NCBI GenBank assembly: GCA_963701015.1 | Contig: OY969556.1 | Coordinates: 3,500,424 to 3,564,423 of the forward strand | DNA length: 64,000 nucleotides | Reading direction: 5' to 3' | DNA from: an uncultured Bacteroidota bacterium | GTDB lineage: Bacteria > Bacteroidota > Bacteroidia > Bacteroidales > DTGW01 | Part shown: positions 21,538 to 34,322 of the stretch, one piece after another | Layout: the number at the start of each line of letters is the position of its first letter | Numbering within the stretch: the stretch's first letter is position 1 | Made by a program: the position numbers and the translations under genes | The notes under the pieces: model-generated | The model's database searches: none | Told to the model about the DNA's origin: nothing | The model's input: only the letters and a program-made list of their open reading frames with translations

Positions 21538-22449
21538 TTAATATAAACCATCAACAGATAAGTATCTTTCCCCTGTATCATAATTAAATGTAAGAATTTT
21601 GGCCTTTGCAGGAAGCATTTCAATTTTCTTAGCAACAGCCGCTAACGATGCGCCCGTTGAAATACCAACAAAAATACCTTCCTCTTTTGCAATTCGTTGT
21701 GCATAATCAAATGCCTCTTCTTTCGTTACTTGAATAATTTCATCGAGAATATCTTTATGTAAATTGCCTGGTATAAATCCTGCTCCTATTCCCTGAAGCG
21801 GATGTGGACCTGGTTTACCTCCGCTTATAACCGAGGATAATACTGGTTCAACAGCAATCACTTTCAAATTCGGAAACTTTAATTTTAATTCTTCTCCAAC
21901 TCCAGTAATATGACCACCTGTGCCAACTCCGGTAATAAGAAAATCAAAACCATCCGGAAAATCATTTATAATTTCTTTAGCAGTAGTTTTTTTATGTATC
22001 TCAATATTGGCATTGTTTTCAAACTGATCCGGCACCCATGAATTTGGAGTTATTTGAGCAAGTTCCCTTGCCCTTTCACGAGCACCTGTCATGCCCTTTT
22101 CACGAGGCGTTAATTCAAAACCTGCACCATAAACTGACATTAACCTTCTCCGTTCAACACTAAACGATTCGGGCATAACCAATATTAATTTGTACTTTTT
22201 AACAGCAGCTACCATTGCCAAACCAATTCCGGTGTTCCCTGAAGTTGGTTCAATTATTACACTATTGGGTTTTAAAATGCCTTTACGTTCAGCATCTTCA
22301 ACCATTGCAAGTGCTATCCTATCTTTAATACTTGCTCCCGGATTTGATTTTTCAAGTTTTATCCAAACTTCAGCCTTATTGCCGAACAAATTGTTAATCC
22401 TCACGTGTGGTGTACTTCCAATGGTTTCAAGAATAGTATTTGCTTTCAT
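21538..22449 (-). CDS. cysK: cysteine synthase A (O-acetylserine sulfhydrylase)
   Basis: 303 aa. PLP-lysine block [11 protein letters not shown], plus [10 protein letters not shown] and [10 protein letters not shown]. Confidence 0.9.
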   Translation of the reverse strand: MKANTILETIGSTPHVRINNLFGNKAEVWIKLEKSNPGASIKDRIALAMVEDAERKGILKPNSVIIEPTSGNTGIGLAMVAAVKKYKLILVMPESFSVERRRLMSVYGAGFELTPREKGMTGARERARELAQITPNSWVPDQFENNANIEIHKKTTAKEIINDFPDGFDFLITGVGTGGHITGVGEELKLKFPNLKVIAVEPVLSSVISGGKPGPHPLQGIGAGFIPGNLHKDILDEIIQVTKEEAFDYAQRIAKEEGIFVGISTGASLAAVAKKIEMLPAKAKILTFNYDTGERYLSVDGLY

Positions 22450-22612
22450 TTATTCAATATTTACTTTTAGTAAAAATAATCAATTATCCCAATAACAATA
22501 GTTCCAATGTACAATGGCAAAAGTAATTTTGATGTATTAATTTTTTTTCTACTTTTATACTTCTTAAATTTCAATGAGTAAAAACCTGTATTAAGATAAA
22601 AATTATATACTA

Positions 22613-25420
22613 ATGAAAAATAAAATCTTATTAAGTATTGCGGCAATAATTTTCATTTTCGCAATAAAAACTGTAGCTCAACCTTTTGATTACTCCAAAA
22701 AAATTCCTGTTGATTCTTCTATAAAATTCGGAAAGCTGGCCAATGGAATGGTTTATTATATTAAGAAGAATAAAAAACCCGAAAACAGGGCAGAACTTCG
22801 ATTAGCAGTAAATGCAGGTTCAGTGTTAGAAGATACTGATCAGTTAGGCTTAGCACACTTTACCGAACATATGGCATTTAACGGAACCACGCATTTTGCC
22901 AAAAACGAATTGGTAAGTTATTTACAATCGGTTGGAGTGAAGTTTGGTGCCGATTTAAATGCTTATACCAGTTTTGACCAAACAATTTATATGCTTACAA
23001 TACCAACTGATTCAGCAGCTGTTCTGGATAAAGGGTTCGATGTACTAAGCGATTGGGCTCATGAACAGACTTTCGACAGCACAGAAATTGAAAAAGAACG
23101 AGGTGTGGTAATTGAAGAATGGCGTTTGGGGCGAGGTGCTGAACAACGGATGCAAGATAAATATATACCCGTGCTTTTTCACGACTCACGTTACGCTATT
23201 CGTTTACCAATAGGTACAAAAAAATCATTAGAAACATTTCACCGAAATTCTATTGTACGGTTCTATAAAGATTGGTACCGTCCTGATTTAATGGCAATAA
23301 TCGCAGTTGGTGATTTTGATATGGCAAAAATTGAAAAAGAAATTATCGACAAATTTTCAAATATTCCGAACCCAAAAAATGAAAGGCCCAGAATTGTTTA
23401 CAATGTACCCGATCATAAAGAAATACTTGCAAGTGTTAATTCCGATAAAGAAGCTGCAGAAGCCGATGTTTCAATATTCTACCTTAATAATAAAGAACCT
23501 GATATAACTTATGCAAATTATCGCGACCATGCAAAAGAACTACTCTATTTTACAATGTTAAACCAGCGTTTGGATGAACTTTCACAATTACCAAATCCTC
23601 CATTTTTAGGAGGATATTCAACTGATGGGAATATTGGAGCCAGAACAAAATATGCTTACGTTTCAATGGCCGCTGTTACTGATACAGGAATTATGACTGG
23701 ATTGAAAACACTCTTGGATGAAAATGAAAAGGTGAAAAGATTTGGTTTCACGCAAAGTGAGTTCAACAGGGCCAAAAAGGATATTTTGAAAATGTATGAA
23801 AAATATTATAACGAAAGGGATAAAACAGAATCGTCAAGCTATGCCGATGAATTTATACGAAACTTTTTAAATGGTGAATCTATCCCAGGTATAGCATTTG
23901 AATATAATTTTATGCAAAAATATTTGCCTGGTGCAAAATTGGAGGAAATTAACCAACTAGCTACAAAATGGATCACAGATAGTAATCGCGTAGTTATTGT
24001 AACAGCACCACAGAAAGAAAGCGTAAAAATGCCTACGGATAAAGAAATTATTCAATTGGTTGAAAATGCTTCAAAAGCAAATGTAAGCGCTTATAAAGAT
24101 AAAATTACTGATTCAGAGCTACTAAGTCAAAAACCAAAGCCCGGCAAGGTTATTAAAGAAAATCAAATTAAAGATATTGCTGTTACTGAACTAACTTTAT
24201 CGAATGGTGTAAAAGTAATTTTGAAATCAACCGATTTTAAAAATGACGAAATAAAATTCTCCGCAATAAGTCCTGGTGGGCAATTCCTTTATCCCGATAA
24301 GGACAATTTTTCGGCAAATTTTGCAGCAAATATAATTGATGAAAGCGGTTTAGCTAAATTCTCAATTATAGATTTGCAAAAAATACTGGCAGGAAAATCT
24401 GTAAATGTTACTCCTTATATCAGTAGTTATACCGAAGGACTTAACGGAAATTGTGTGCCTAAAGATATGGAAACAATGTTTCAATTAATTTATCTGTATT
24501 TCATACAACCACGCTTAGATAGTGCTGCATTTACTTCATTTATTAATAAAGTGAAAGGGTATTTGGCCAATATCGAATCTGATCCGCAAATGTTTTACAG
24601 CGATACATTGAAACGAATATTATCGCAAAATCACCCGCGTGGTGGAGGAATCCCTAAAGTTTCAGATATTGATAAAATTGATTTGCAAAGAGTTTATCAG
24701 ATTTATAAAGACCGCTTTGCCGATGCCAGTGATTTTACTTTTACAATTGTCGGCAATTTCAATACTGATAGCATAAAACCATTGTTGGAAGAATATTTAG
24801 GCAGTTTGCCTTCAAATAACAGAAAGGAAAGCTGGAAAGACGTAGGTATAAGACCTCCAAAAGGTGAAGTTTTCAGAAATATATACAAAGGCACTGATCC
24901 AAAAAGTCGCGTGAACATGATTTTTACAGGAGAAACCAAATATTCACCTGAAGAAGCGTATTATTTAAAATCGTTGGCTGATATATTAGAAATTCGCTTA
25001 ATTGAAGTATTACGTGAAGAAAAGAGTGGAGTTTATGGCGTAGGTGCAATGGCCGCAATGGGCAGAATACCTTATCAAAATTACACAATAAAAATCCAAT
25101 TCCCTTGTGGACCTGAAAACGTTGATTCACTTGTAAGTGAAACCTGGCAAATAATTAAAGAAATTCAAAAAAATGGCATTTCTGATAAAAATTTGAATAA
25201 AATTAAAGAAACCCAGGAACGTGAATTGGAAGTGAGCCTAAAAACCAATGGCTATTGGATGAACTTCCTCGAAAACAGCAGTTTTTATAATGATAATATG
25301 TCGGAAATCCTAAAAAAGAAAGAAATGATAGAAAAGCTGACATCGAAGGATATTCAAAATGTAGCCAATAAATATTTTAATGAAAAATATATTAAAGTAG
25401 TTTTATACCCGCAGAAATAA
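22613..25420 (+). CDS. M16 family zinc metallopeptidase (insulinase-like, double-length)
   Basis: 935 aa with signal peptide. Inverted zinc motif HFTEHMAFNGT (HxxEH). Confidence 0.85.
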   Translation: MKNKILLSIAAIIFIFAIKTVAQPFDYSKKIPVDSSIKFGKLANGMVYYIKKNKKPENRAELRLAVNAGSVLEDTDQLGLAHFTEHMAFNGTTHFAKNELVSYLQSVGVKFGADLNAYTSFDQTIYMLTIPTDSAAVLDKGFDVLSDWAHEQTFDSTEIEKERGVVIEEWRLGRGAEQRMQDKYIPVLFHDSRYAIRLPIGTKKSLETFHRNSIVRFYKDWYRPDLMAIIAVGDFDMAKIEKEIIDKFSNIPNPKNERPRIVYNVPDHKEILASVNSDKEAAEADVSIFYLNNKEPDITYANYRDHAKELLYFTMLNQRLDELSQLPNPPFLGGYSTDGNIGARTKYAYVSMAAVTDTGIMTGLKTLLDENEKVKRFGFTQSEFNRAKKDILKMYEKYYNERDKTESSSYADEFIRNFLNGESIPGIAFEYNFMQKYLPGAKLEEINQLATKWITDSNRVVIVTAPQKESVKMPTDKEIIQLVENASKANVSAYKDKITDSELLSQKPKPGKVIKENQIKDIAVTELTLSNGVKVILKSTDFKNDEIKFSAISPGGQFLYPDKDNFSANFAANIIDESGLAKFSIIDLQKILAGKSVNVTPYISSYTEGLNGNCVPKDMETMFQLIYLYFIQPRLDSAAFTSFINKVKGYLANIESDPQMFYSDTLKRILSQNHPRGGGIPKVSDIDKIDLQRVYQIYKDRFADASDFTFTIVGNFNTDSIKPLLEEYLGSLPSNNRKESWKDVGIRPPKGEVFRNIYKGTDPKSRVNMIFTGETKYSPEEAYYLKSLADILEIRLIEVLREEKSGVYGVGAMAAMGRIPYQNYTIKIQFPCGPENVDSLVSETWQIIKEIQKNGISDKNLNKIKETQERELEVSLKTNGYWMNFLENSSFYNDNMSEILKKKEMIEKLTSKDIQNVANKYFNEKYIKVVLYPQK

Positions 25421-25440
25421 ATTCTTAAATACTAAACAAA

Positions 25441-25477
25441 AAAGCTCCGGAAATAAATAGTCCCGGAGCTTTTTTTA
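25441..25477. terminator. bidirectional intrinsic terminator
   Basis: agctccgg / ccggagct stem (25443-25470), flanked by an A-run and a T7 run, between convergent genes. Confidence 0.6.
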
Positions 25478-25495
25478 TTTCATTAAACCGTTAAA

Positions 25496-26272
25496 TTATA
25501 ACATAATATCAAAATTATTTTTCTTTAATTGTAAATATACTTCCTTATTAAACCAATACAATTGTGCCGGTTTGTGTGAAACCTTTTCCTGTTTTTCGTT
25601 TAATGGTGCAATAAATGGCATTTTCAACAATTTACGCCTGAAATTTCTTTTATCGAATTTAGCATTTAAAATTGTTTCAAAAATTTTTTGCAACAAACCC
25701 AATGAAAATTTATCAGGTAATAGTTCAAAAACCAAAGGATTATATTGAATATTATCACGTAAATAAGTCAAGGCATCCTGCATAATTTGTTTATGGTCAT
25801 AAGCCATATCTAAAGGCATATCTTCTAAATCGTACCAAGCCGGGTTGAATTTAAACATTTCGGGATGCTGTTTTTGGATAGTAACCGCCAAATTGTATTT
25901 ATTCACATCAATTAATGAATAGAAACCCACAGAAACGACACGTTCATATGGATCCTGACGGATTCCTTTCAGCCAGCGAATATCACGTTCTTGCTTCCTA
26001 ATACGATCAACATCGCCAAACGTTTTAAACTGGTGAAGTGCAATTTCTTCAATTCCCGTATATTCTATCATTACCCGATTTGCAGCATTTTCAATATTTT
26101 CATCGGCATTTACATGACTGCCTGGAAGTAATTTATCTGCAAATATTACTTCACGAGTTTTTGCATCAAGCATAACCCTATCAAGCAATAAAACCCTGAG
26201 CTTTTCAATATCATATCCAAAAATGACACAATCTACTGATACATAGTCACTGAAAGACATTTTGTTTTCCAA
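25496..26272 (-). CDS. NUDIX-family protein with C-terminal winged-helix domain (NrtR-like layout)
   Basis: 258 aa. N-terminal Nudix-fold-like region followed by a roughly 90-aa C-terminal domain as in NrtR-type regulators. The Nudix box looks degenerate. Confidence 0.55.
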   Translation of the reverse strand: MENKMSFSDYVSVDCVIFGYDIEKLRVLLLDRVMLDAKTREVIFADKLLPGSHVNADENIENAANRVMIEYTGIEEIALHQFKTFGDVDRIRKQERDIRWLKGIRQDPYERVVSVGFYSLIDVNKYNLAVTIQKQHPEMFKFNPAWYDLEDMPLDMAYDHKQIMQDALTYLRDNIQYNPLVFELLPDKFSLGLLQKIFETILNAKFDKRNFRRKLLKMPFIAPLNEKQEKVSHKPAQLYWFNKEVYLQLKKNNFDIML

Positions 26273-26309
26273 TTTATTATTAATTAAACAAATGTAATAA
26301 TTCTATTCC

Positions 26310-27059
26310 CTAATTTAATAATCCTTTAACTTTTTCTAAATCGTCAGGCGTATCAATTGCAATAGTCTCGAAATCAGTTGTTTCAACATATATCTTATAT
26401 CCATTTTCTAACCATCGGTTCTGTTCCAGCGATTCTGCTAATTCTAATGACGAAGAAGGTAAAGCGGTAATTTCTTTCAAAACAGGTACACGATAAGCAT
26501 AAATTCCAAGATGTTTTAAAAATTGAAATGAAACTGCCCAATTTTCATTTGGTTCATTTCGGACGAATGGTATTGGCGAACGGCTGAAATAAATAGCCAA
26601 TGCTTCTTTATTACGAATAACTTTCACAACATTGGGATTAAATATTTCATCCTTTTCAGTTATTTTTTTTGCCAATGTTGCAATCTGAACCGTTTCATCT
26701 TCGAAACAACTTTTCAATAACCTAATTTGTTCTGGTTTAATGAATGGTTCATCACCCTGAATGTTAATTACCACATCAAATTTTATATTTAATTCAGGAG
26801 AAATAATTTTACGAATGGCTTCGGAACATCTATCTGTCCCACTTTTATGATCTTTTGAGGTCATTATTACATTCCCGTTGAATGATTGTACATTAACTGC
26901 AATGCGTTCATCATCAGTAGCAACATATACTTGTTCCAATGCTTTGGATGCCTGCTCATACACCCGCTGTATCATTGTTTTTCCACCTATATCGGCTAAA
27001 GGTTTTCCCGGAAAACGTGTTGAAGCAAATCGGGCAGGAATAATTCCAACAAACTGCAT
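26310..27059 (-). CDS. kdsB: 3-deoxy-manno-octulosonate cytidylyltransferase
   Basis: 249 aa. IIPARFASTRFPGKPL N-terminus and NIQGDEP block. Confidence 0.9.
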   Translation of the reverse strand: MQFVGIIPARFASTRFPGKPLADIGGKTMIQRVYEQASKALEQVYVATDDERIAVNVQSFNGNVIMTSKDHKSGTDRCSEAIRKIISPELNIKFDVVINIQGDEPFIKPEQIRLLKSCFEDETVQIATLAKKITEKDEIFNPNVVKVIRNKEALAIYFSRSPIPFVRNEPNENWAVSFQFLKHLGIYAYRVPVLKEITALPSSSLELAESLEQNRWLENGYKIYVETTDFETIAIDTPDDLEKVKGLLN

Positions 27060-27295
27060 ATTTATTCGTATTAAAAACTAAATATACAAATTAACCGCAA
27101 AAAAATATAAAAAACATCACTGCCCAACATTAATAAAATTTAAAAACAAACCGCTTAATTGGACTTGTAATTTTTGAAAACAAATTAAGTTTATGAATGT
27201 GACAATTTAAAAATTACATAATATTTTATAAAATTTAAACAATTGCAAATTAGCAAAGAACAAGATTAATTGTAATTTTGTCAGGTTGAAATAAT

Positions 27296-28540
27296 TTGTG
27301 TCAGTTTTTAAAAATGGATATTCAGGGAATAAAGCAACGATTCGGAATTATAGGTAATTACAGTGGTTTGAACCGTGCCATTGATATTGCGCGTCAGGTA
27401 GCTCCTACAGATTTATCTGTTTTGATAACTGGTCCAAGTGGATCGGGCAAAGAAATATTCCCTCAAATTATACATCAGTTTAGTGCGCGAAAACATGGCC
27501 AGTATATTGCGGTTAACTGCGGAGCAATTCCAGAAGGTACAATTGATTCAGAACTTTTTGGTCACGAAAAAGGTTCATTTACAGGTGCTCACGAAAGTCG
27601 TAAAGGTTATTTTGAAGTAGCGGATGGCGGTACTATATTTTTGGATGAAGTAGCCGAATTGCCTTTATCTACCCAGGTTCGACTTTTACGCGTTTTAGAA
27701 GCCGGTGAATTTATCAGGGTTGGTTCTTCAAAAGTGCAGAAAACTAATGTTAGAGTTGTTGCTGCTACTAATGTTGATGTTACCAGGGCCATTCAAAATG
27801 CAAAATTTCGTGAAGACCTTTTTTACAGGTTAAATACGGTTCCTATTCAAGTTCCGCCATTGCGCGAAAGAATTGATGATATTTATCTTCTTTTTAAAAA
27901 ATTTGCCAATGACTTTGCCGAACGTTACCGAATGCCCGCAATTAACCTGGATGAAGAAGCTATTAAAGTGCTTGAATTATATGAATGGCCAGGTAATATA
28001 AGACAATTGAAAAATATAACAGAACAAATTTCGATAATTGAAAAACCTCGTATTATTGATGTTAATATTTTAAAACGTTATTTGCCCGATTTCCAGGAAG
28101 TGCGTTTGCCTGCATTATTAAAATCAGGTTCCACGGAACCTTCATTTGCATCTGAACGCGAAATTTTGTACAAAATTCTTTTCGATATGAAAAGTGATAT
28201 GAACGATTTGAAAAAATTAGTTCTTGGATATATGCAAACAGGAAAATCGTCTTCCGATCTGGGTTCAGACAGCCAAAATACTTTTAACCGTTTATTTAAT
28301 GACGTTGATATTCCAAATGGAAATACGGTTAAGCCTTTTGATATTAAAAAACAACACGAAGAAAATATTCAGGATACTGAAGAAATATTTGAAGAATCAC
28401 TTTCAATCGTCGATAAAGAGGTTGAACTCATAAAAAAAGCGCTTGATAAACACAATGGAAAAAGAAAATTAGCTGCAGATGAACTAGGAATTTCAGAACG
28501 AACGTTGTATAGAAAGATTAAAGAATATAATTTAGAGTAA
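27296..28540 (+). CDS. sigma-54-dependent transcriptional activator (AAA+ EBP with Fis-type HTH, no receiver domain)
   Basis: Walker A GPSGSGKE, ESELFGHEKGSFTGA (GAFTGA loop variant), Walker B IFLDEV, C-terminal HTH. The true start is probably the ATG at 27314 (MDIQG...). Confidence 0.85.
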   Translation: MCQFLKMDIQGIKQRFGIIGNYSGLNRAIDIARQVAPTDLSVLITGPSGSGKEIFPQIIHQFSARKHGQYIAVNCGAIPEGTIDSELFGHEKGSFTGAHESRKGYFEVADGGTIFLDEVAELPLSTQVRLLRVLEAGEFIRVGSSKVQKTNVRVVAATNVDVTRAIQNAKFREDLFYRLNTVPIQVPPLRERIDDIYLLFKKFANDFAERYRMPAINLDEEAIKVLELYEWPGNIRQLKNITEQISIIEKPRIIDVNILKRYLPDFQEVRLPALLKSGSTEPSFASEREILYKILFDMKSDMNDLKKLVLGYMQTGKSSSDLGSDSQNTFNRLFNDVDIPNGNTVKPFDIKKQHEENIQDTEEIFEESLSIVDKEVELIKKALDKHNGKRKLAADELGISERTLYRKIKEYNLE

Positions 28541-28548
28541 TTTTTTGA

Positions 28549-29079
28549 ATGATGATTTTATGTAATAAAAATATATATTTTAGAATTAGTGCCGTTGCAT
28601 TGTTAATTTCGATAGTATGTGTATCGTGCTTTACTGTCAGTTATTCAACAACCGGGGCATCAATTTCGCCCGATTTAAAAACTTTGTCAATAGTAACTTT
28701 TCAAAATCGTTCGGCAGCTCCACCTTCTTTCGCACAAGATTTTACCGATGCATTTGTATCAAAATGCCGTTCAAATACCAAATTAACAATTGTTACTGAA
28801 GGTGGCGAAGCAAACTTCGAAGGCGAAATTGTAGGTTACGATGCAAAACCCACAGCAATCCAGGGTAATGAAACTGCCGCACAAAACAGGTTAACTATTA
28901 CAGTGCATGTTAGATTTAACAATTCGGTTGATCCTAAGTTTAATTATGATTCTAATTTTTCGAGGTACAAAGATTATCCAAGTTCACAATCACTTGAACA
29001 AGCAGCAACTGCATATAGTGCCGATTTGATTGACCAATTAACAGAAGATATTTTTAATAAAGCTTTTGTAAACTGGTAA
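28549..29079 (+). CDS. LptE-like LPS-assembly lipoprotein
   Basis: 176 aa with signal/lipobox-like N-terminus. The sequence pattern and position after the sigma-54 activator match Bacteroidota LptE family proteins as I remember them. Confidence 0.55.
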   Translation: MMILCNKNIYFRISAVALLISIVCVSCFTVSYSTTGASISPDLKTLSIVTFQNRSAAPPSFAQDFTDAFVSKCRSNTKLTIVTEGGEANFEGEIVGYDAKPTAIQGNETAAQNRLTITVHVRFNNSVDPKFNYDSNFSRYKDYPSSQSLEQAATAYSADLIDQLTEDIFNKAFVNW

Positions 29080-29082
29080 ATT

Positions 29083-30354
29083 ATGGAAAAGAATGAATTG
29101 ATTAAATATTTACTAAAGCCTGAATTGCAAAGCGATAGCGACTACAGGACGATTAAACAGGAGGCTGAAAACTTTCCGTTTTTTCAACCTTTTCAATTCA
29201 TGTTACTGAAATATTATCAGGCGAATAATAAATTTGAATTCGATAAATTTATTAAAAAATCTTCTGTTCATGTTTTCGAACGACGTAGGCTTTATAATTT
29301 TATTCATTCCGATACTTTTTTGCGGGAAAATATTCTTGTCAATGAATCTGACAATTTAATTGAATTGCCATACTTGGTTGACGAAAGTGAACCTGAGGAA
29401 CCTCAACTTTTAACGCCTGAATTTACTGAACTACAAGAAAATTCAAATGCAATTATCAATAACGAAAGTGAAAATCAACCAATTCAACATTCCTTTGACA
29501 AAACGGAATCAATTACACAAGGTAATTCAAACCAAGCATTAACCAGAACTGAGGTTGAAGAAAATATTTCTTCCAGAAGGGAAGAAAAAGATACTTTGAA
29601 AGAATCAATAGCTGAAATTGTTGAATATCAGTCACAATCAAATAATTCTGATGTATCAGAAAATAATATTTTGCCAGAAATAACTTTTGAGCTTGATGAA
29701 AATATTGATATAATTAAGCCTTCAGTTTCTGATATTGAAGGAAATACTATTCCTGAAGCATTTATATTAAACCCGGAAAATGATAAATCGTTCCTTCAAA
29801 TTGATGAAGGTGAAAATAGTAATCTGTTAGAAAATAAAGAACTAATAAATTCTGAAGTTGAAACAGAAAATGATAGCAAAAAGAAAGGTGTTACTATAGA
29901 TATCTCTGAAGAAGTTCCTGATGATTCAACATTATTTCAAGACAGTTCTGAGAAGAATGAAGAATCGGGAAATGCTGAAAATAAGAAAGAAATTCATACG
30001 TTTACCGCTTGGTTTGACCATTTGGGTGAATCTGAAATTGAACAAATAAAAAGTAATTCGGAGAAAAAAAATAGTGGAAATGCTAATTTTGATTTAATTG
30101 ATAAATTTTTAACTGAGGAACCACGTATAAAACCTAAGCCAATAACGGCATCGGAACAGGAAGACATTTCAGTTGCAAGCGAAGAAGAGCATGAGGACTT
30201 TATGACTGAAACGCTTGCGAAAATTTATATAAAACAAGGCAATTATGCAAAGGCAATAAAAGCTTATGAAAAATTAAGTTTGAAATTTCCGGAAAAAAAC
30301 ATTTACTTTGCCACCCAAATCGAAGAAATTAAAAAAATTTTAGACAACCAATAA
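29083..30354 (+). CDS. acidic low-complexity protein with C-terminal TPR-like motif
   Basis: 423 aa, very E/D/N/S-rich in the middle. C-terminal LAKIYIKQGNYAKAIKAYEKLSLKFPEK is TPR-like. Confidence 0.4.
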   Translation: MEKNELIKYLLKPELQSDSDYRTIKQEAENFPFFQPFQFMLLKYYQANNKFEFDKFIKKSSVHVFERRRLYNFIHSDTFLRENILVNESDNLIELPYLVDESEPEEPQLLTPEFTELQENSNAIINNESENQPIQHSFDKTESITQGNSNQALTRTEVEENISSRREEKDTLKESIAEIVEYQSQSNNSDVSENNILPEITFELDENIDIIKPSVSDIEGNTIPEAFILNPENDKSFLQIDEGENSNLLENKELINSEVETENDSKKKGVTIDISEEVPDDSTLFQDSSEKNEESGNAENKKEIHTFTAWFDHLGESEIEQIKSNSEKKNSGNANFDLIDKFLTEEPRIKPKPITASEQEDISVASEEEHEDFMTETLAKIYIKQGNYAKAIKAYEKLSLKFPEKNIYFATQIEEIKKILDNQ

Positions 30355-30369
30355 AAAAATTATAAAACC

Positions 30370-30729
30370 ATGATGGCAGTTGCATACGTATTGATTTTCA
30401 TAATCAGTATATTACTAATTTTAATAGTTTTGGTACAAAACTCAAAAGGTGGCGGATTAGCTGCCAATTTCACAGGCAGTCAAATAATGGGCGTTCGTAA
30501 AACAGCCGATTTTCTTGAAAAAGCTACCTGGGGACTAGCAGGTGCAGTGCTGTTATTCAGTATTGTAACCAATCTTATGATCCCTCGTGGAACTGATAAC
30601 GTTCAAAAGTCAGTTATACAGGACGAAGTAAAAAATGCTATTGATCCTAATGCTGTACCAAAAATTCCTTCAGCTGCAAAAGCCGCAGATCAGAAAAATT
30701 ATCCTGCACCAGTACAGGAAAAGAAATAA
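30370..30729 (+). CDS. secG: preprotein translocase subunit SecG
   Basis: 119 aa. TM1 followed by LVQNSKGGGLAANF, the SecG signature, then a second TM. Confidence 0.75.
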   Translation: MMAVAYVLIFIISILLILIVLVQNSKGGGLAANFTGSQIMGVRKTADFLEKATWGLAGAVLLFSIVTNLMIPRGTDNVQKSVIQDEVKNAIDPNAVPKIPSAAKAADQKNYPAPVQEKK

Positions 30730-30751
30730 TTGGATTTATCAAAATTTAATA

Positions 30752-30788
30752 AAAAGTGTCAGCCTGTCATAAATCTGACACTTTTTTA
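30752..30788 (+). terminator. intrinsic terminator after secG
   Basis: aaaagtgtcag / ctgacactttt 11-bp stem (30752-30762 / 30775-30785) running into a T-run. Confidence 0.6.
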
Positions 30789-31067
30789 TTTAAAATGCTT
30801 TTCTAAGTTGGGTTACAAAATAATTCTTAATTCTTTAATCAGCTTAGACTGCATATTTTAATCCTTTCTAATGCTCATTCAATTCAACTTTTTCGATGGT
30901 AAGTGAATAATATTTTCTATAATATATAAATTTCAAAAATAGAGCTATGAAATTTTGTCATAGAAATTCAACGAATTGATGTGAAAAACGAATTGGCACA
31001 ATTTCTGATAAACCCTCACCAGATATTATAAACAAGTTTAATGTTTAACTTAAAATAATTATAAATT

Positions 31068-31346
31068 ATGGCCGAAGTAAAAATCAAACCATTAGCCGAC
31101 AGAGTTCTTGTTGAACCATTGGCAGCTGAACAAAAAACAGCAAGTGGAATTATTATTCCCGATACTGCAAAAGAAAAACCTCAAAGAGGCAAAGTTATTG
31201 CTGTAGGCAAAGGTACTAAAGATGATGCAATGGAGTTAAAGGTTGGTGATGAAGTTTTATATGGTAAATATGCCGGAACTGAAGTTACAGTTGAAGGTAA
31301 AGACTACTTAATTATGCGCCAAAGCGACGTATTCGCTGTTATTTAA
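31068..31346 (+). CDS. groES: co-chaperonin GroES
   Basis: 92 aa. [10 protein letters not shown]...[21 protein letters not shown]. Confidence 0.95.
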   Translation: MAEVKIKPLADRVLVEPLAAEQKTASGIIIPDTAKEKPQRGKVIAVGKGTKDDAMELKVGDEVLYGKYAGTEVTVEGKDYLIMRQSDVFAVI

Positions 31347-31370
31347 TTATACAAGAAAATCAAGAATTAA

Positions 31371-33026
<1,656 letters not shown>

Positions 33027-33050
33027 AATTTTTCACGCCATATCTCATAG

Positions 33051-33082
33051 AAAGGCAGCCATCGGGTTGCCTTTCTTTTTTT
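33051..33082 (+). terminator. intrinsic terminator after groEL
   Basis: aaaggcagcc-atcg-ggttgccttt hairpin (one G-U pair) followed by cttttttt. Confidence 0.65.
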
Positions 33083-33113
33083 ATTTTATCTTTGCCGCCT
33101 AAATTATTTAACC

Positions 33114-34217
33114 ATGGGTTTACAATGTGGTATAGTTGGTTTGCCTAATGTTGGGAAATCAACGCTTTTTAATTGTTTGTCGAATGCAAAGGCTCAAGCT
33201 GCAAACTTTCCTTTTTGTACTATTGAGCCAAACGTTGGTGTTATAACCGTTCCCGATGAAAGGTTAATAAAACTCACCGAAATTGACAAACCTTTAAAAG
33301 TAATTCCTGCAACCATTGAAATTGTTGATATCGCCGGTTTGGTAAAAGGAGCCAGTAAAGGCGAAGGATTGGGCAATAAATTTTTGGCCAATATTCGTGA
33401 AACTGACGCTATAATTCATGTCCTTCGTTGCTTCGATGACGATAATGTTACCCATGTAGACGGTTCGGTAAACCCATTGCGTGACAAAGAAATTATTGAT
33501 ACCGAATTGCAGTTTAAAGATTTAGAAACAGTCGAAAGCAGAATTTCAAAAGTACAAAAGCAGGCACAATCGGGTGGAGATAAATCATCTAAACGATTGC
33601 TTGATATTTTACTTCAATATAAAGCAGCATTAGACCAGGGTAAATCAGCCCGAACTGTAATACTTGACAATAAAGAAGATCAGAAACTGGCACATGAGTT
33701 ATTCCTGCTAACCGATAAACCTATATTATATGTTTGCAATGTAGACGAAAAATCGGCTGTAAAAGGAAATAAATATACCGAAGTTGTTCAAAAGGCAATA
33801 GAACAGGAAAATGCTGAAATGCTTATTATTGCAGCCAAAACTGAAGCTGAAATTTCTGAATTGGAAACTTTTGAAGAACGTCAAATGTTTTTGGAAGAAG
33901 CTGGTTTGAAGGAATCGGGAGTTGCCCGTTTAATTAAATCAGCCTATAAATTGCTGAACCTCGAAACGTATTTCACCACTGGGGCTGATGAATCGAGGGC
34001 TTGGACTTTTATTAAAGGAACAAAAGCTCCACAAGCTGCCGGAATTATTCATACCGATTTTGAAAAAGGATTTATAAGGGCTGAGGTTATTAAATATGCC
34101 GATTATATTAAATATAATTCAGATGCAGCTTGCAGAGATGCTGGTAAAATAGCAATTGAAGGAAAAGAATATACGGTTCAGGATGGTGATATAATGCACT
34201 TCAGGTTTAATGTGTAG
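33114..34217 (+). CDS. ychF: redox-regulated ATPase YchF
   Basis: 367 aa. [16 protein letters not shown]-loop and a conserved TGS-like C-terminus. Confidence 0.95.
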   Translation: MGLQCGIVGLPNVGKSTLFNCLSNAKAQAANFPFCTIEPNVGVITVPDERLIKLTEIDKPLKVIPATIEIVDIAGLVKGASKGEGLGNKFLANIRETDAIIHVLRCFDDDNVTHVDGSVNPLRDKEIIDTELQFKDLETVESRISKVQKQAQSGGDKSSKRLLDILLQYKAALDQGKSARTVILDNKEDQKLAHELFLLTDKPILYVCNVDEKSAVKGNKYTEVVQKAIEQENAEMLIIAAKTEAEISELETFEERQMFLEEAGLKESGVARLIKSAYKLLNLETYFTTGADESRAWTFIKGTKAPQAAGIIHTDFEKGFIRAEVIKYADYIKYNSDAACRDAGKIAIEGKEYTVQDGDIMHFRFNV

Positions 34218-34322
34218 GTATTAGGCTTTAGGACTTAGACTTTTAGGATGTTCATATTAATTGGGAAGCCACAGTGTGAATTTTTTGTTTTCCTGAATGC
34301 CTTCAGTCTAAAGGCTATAAGT

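Noticed and set aside
30993-31008. TGGCAC element upstream of groES that looked like a sigma-54 -24 box.
   Set aside because: The -12 position reads CTGA instead of TTGC (GG-N10-GA, not GG-N10-GC). I also scanned the groES leader by eye for a CIRCE-type inverted repeat and found none.
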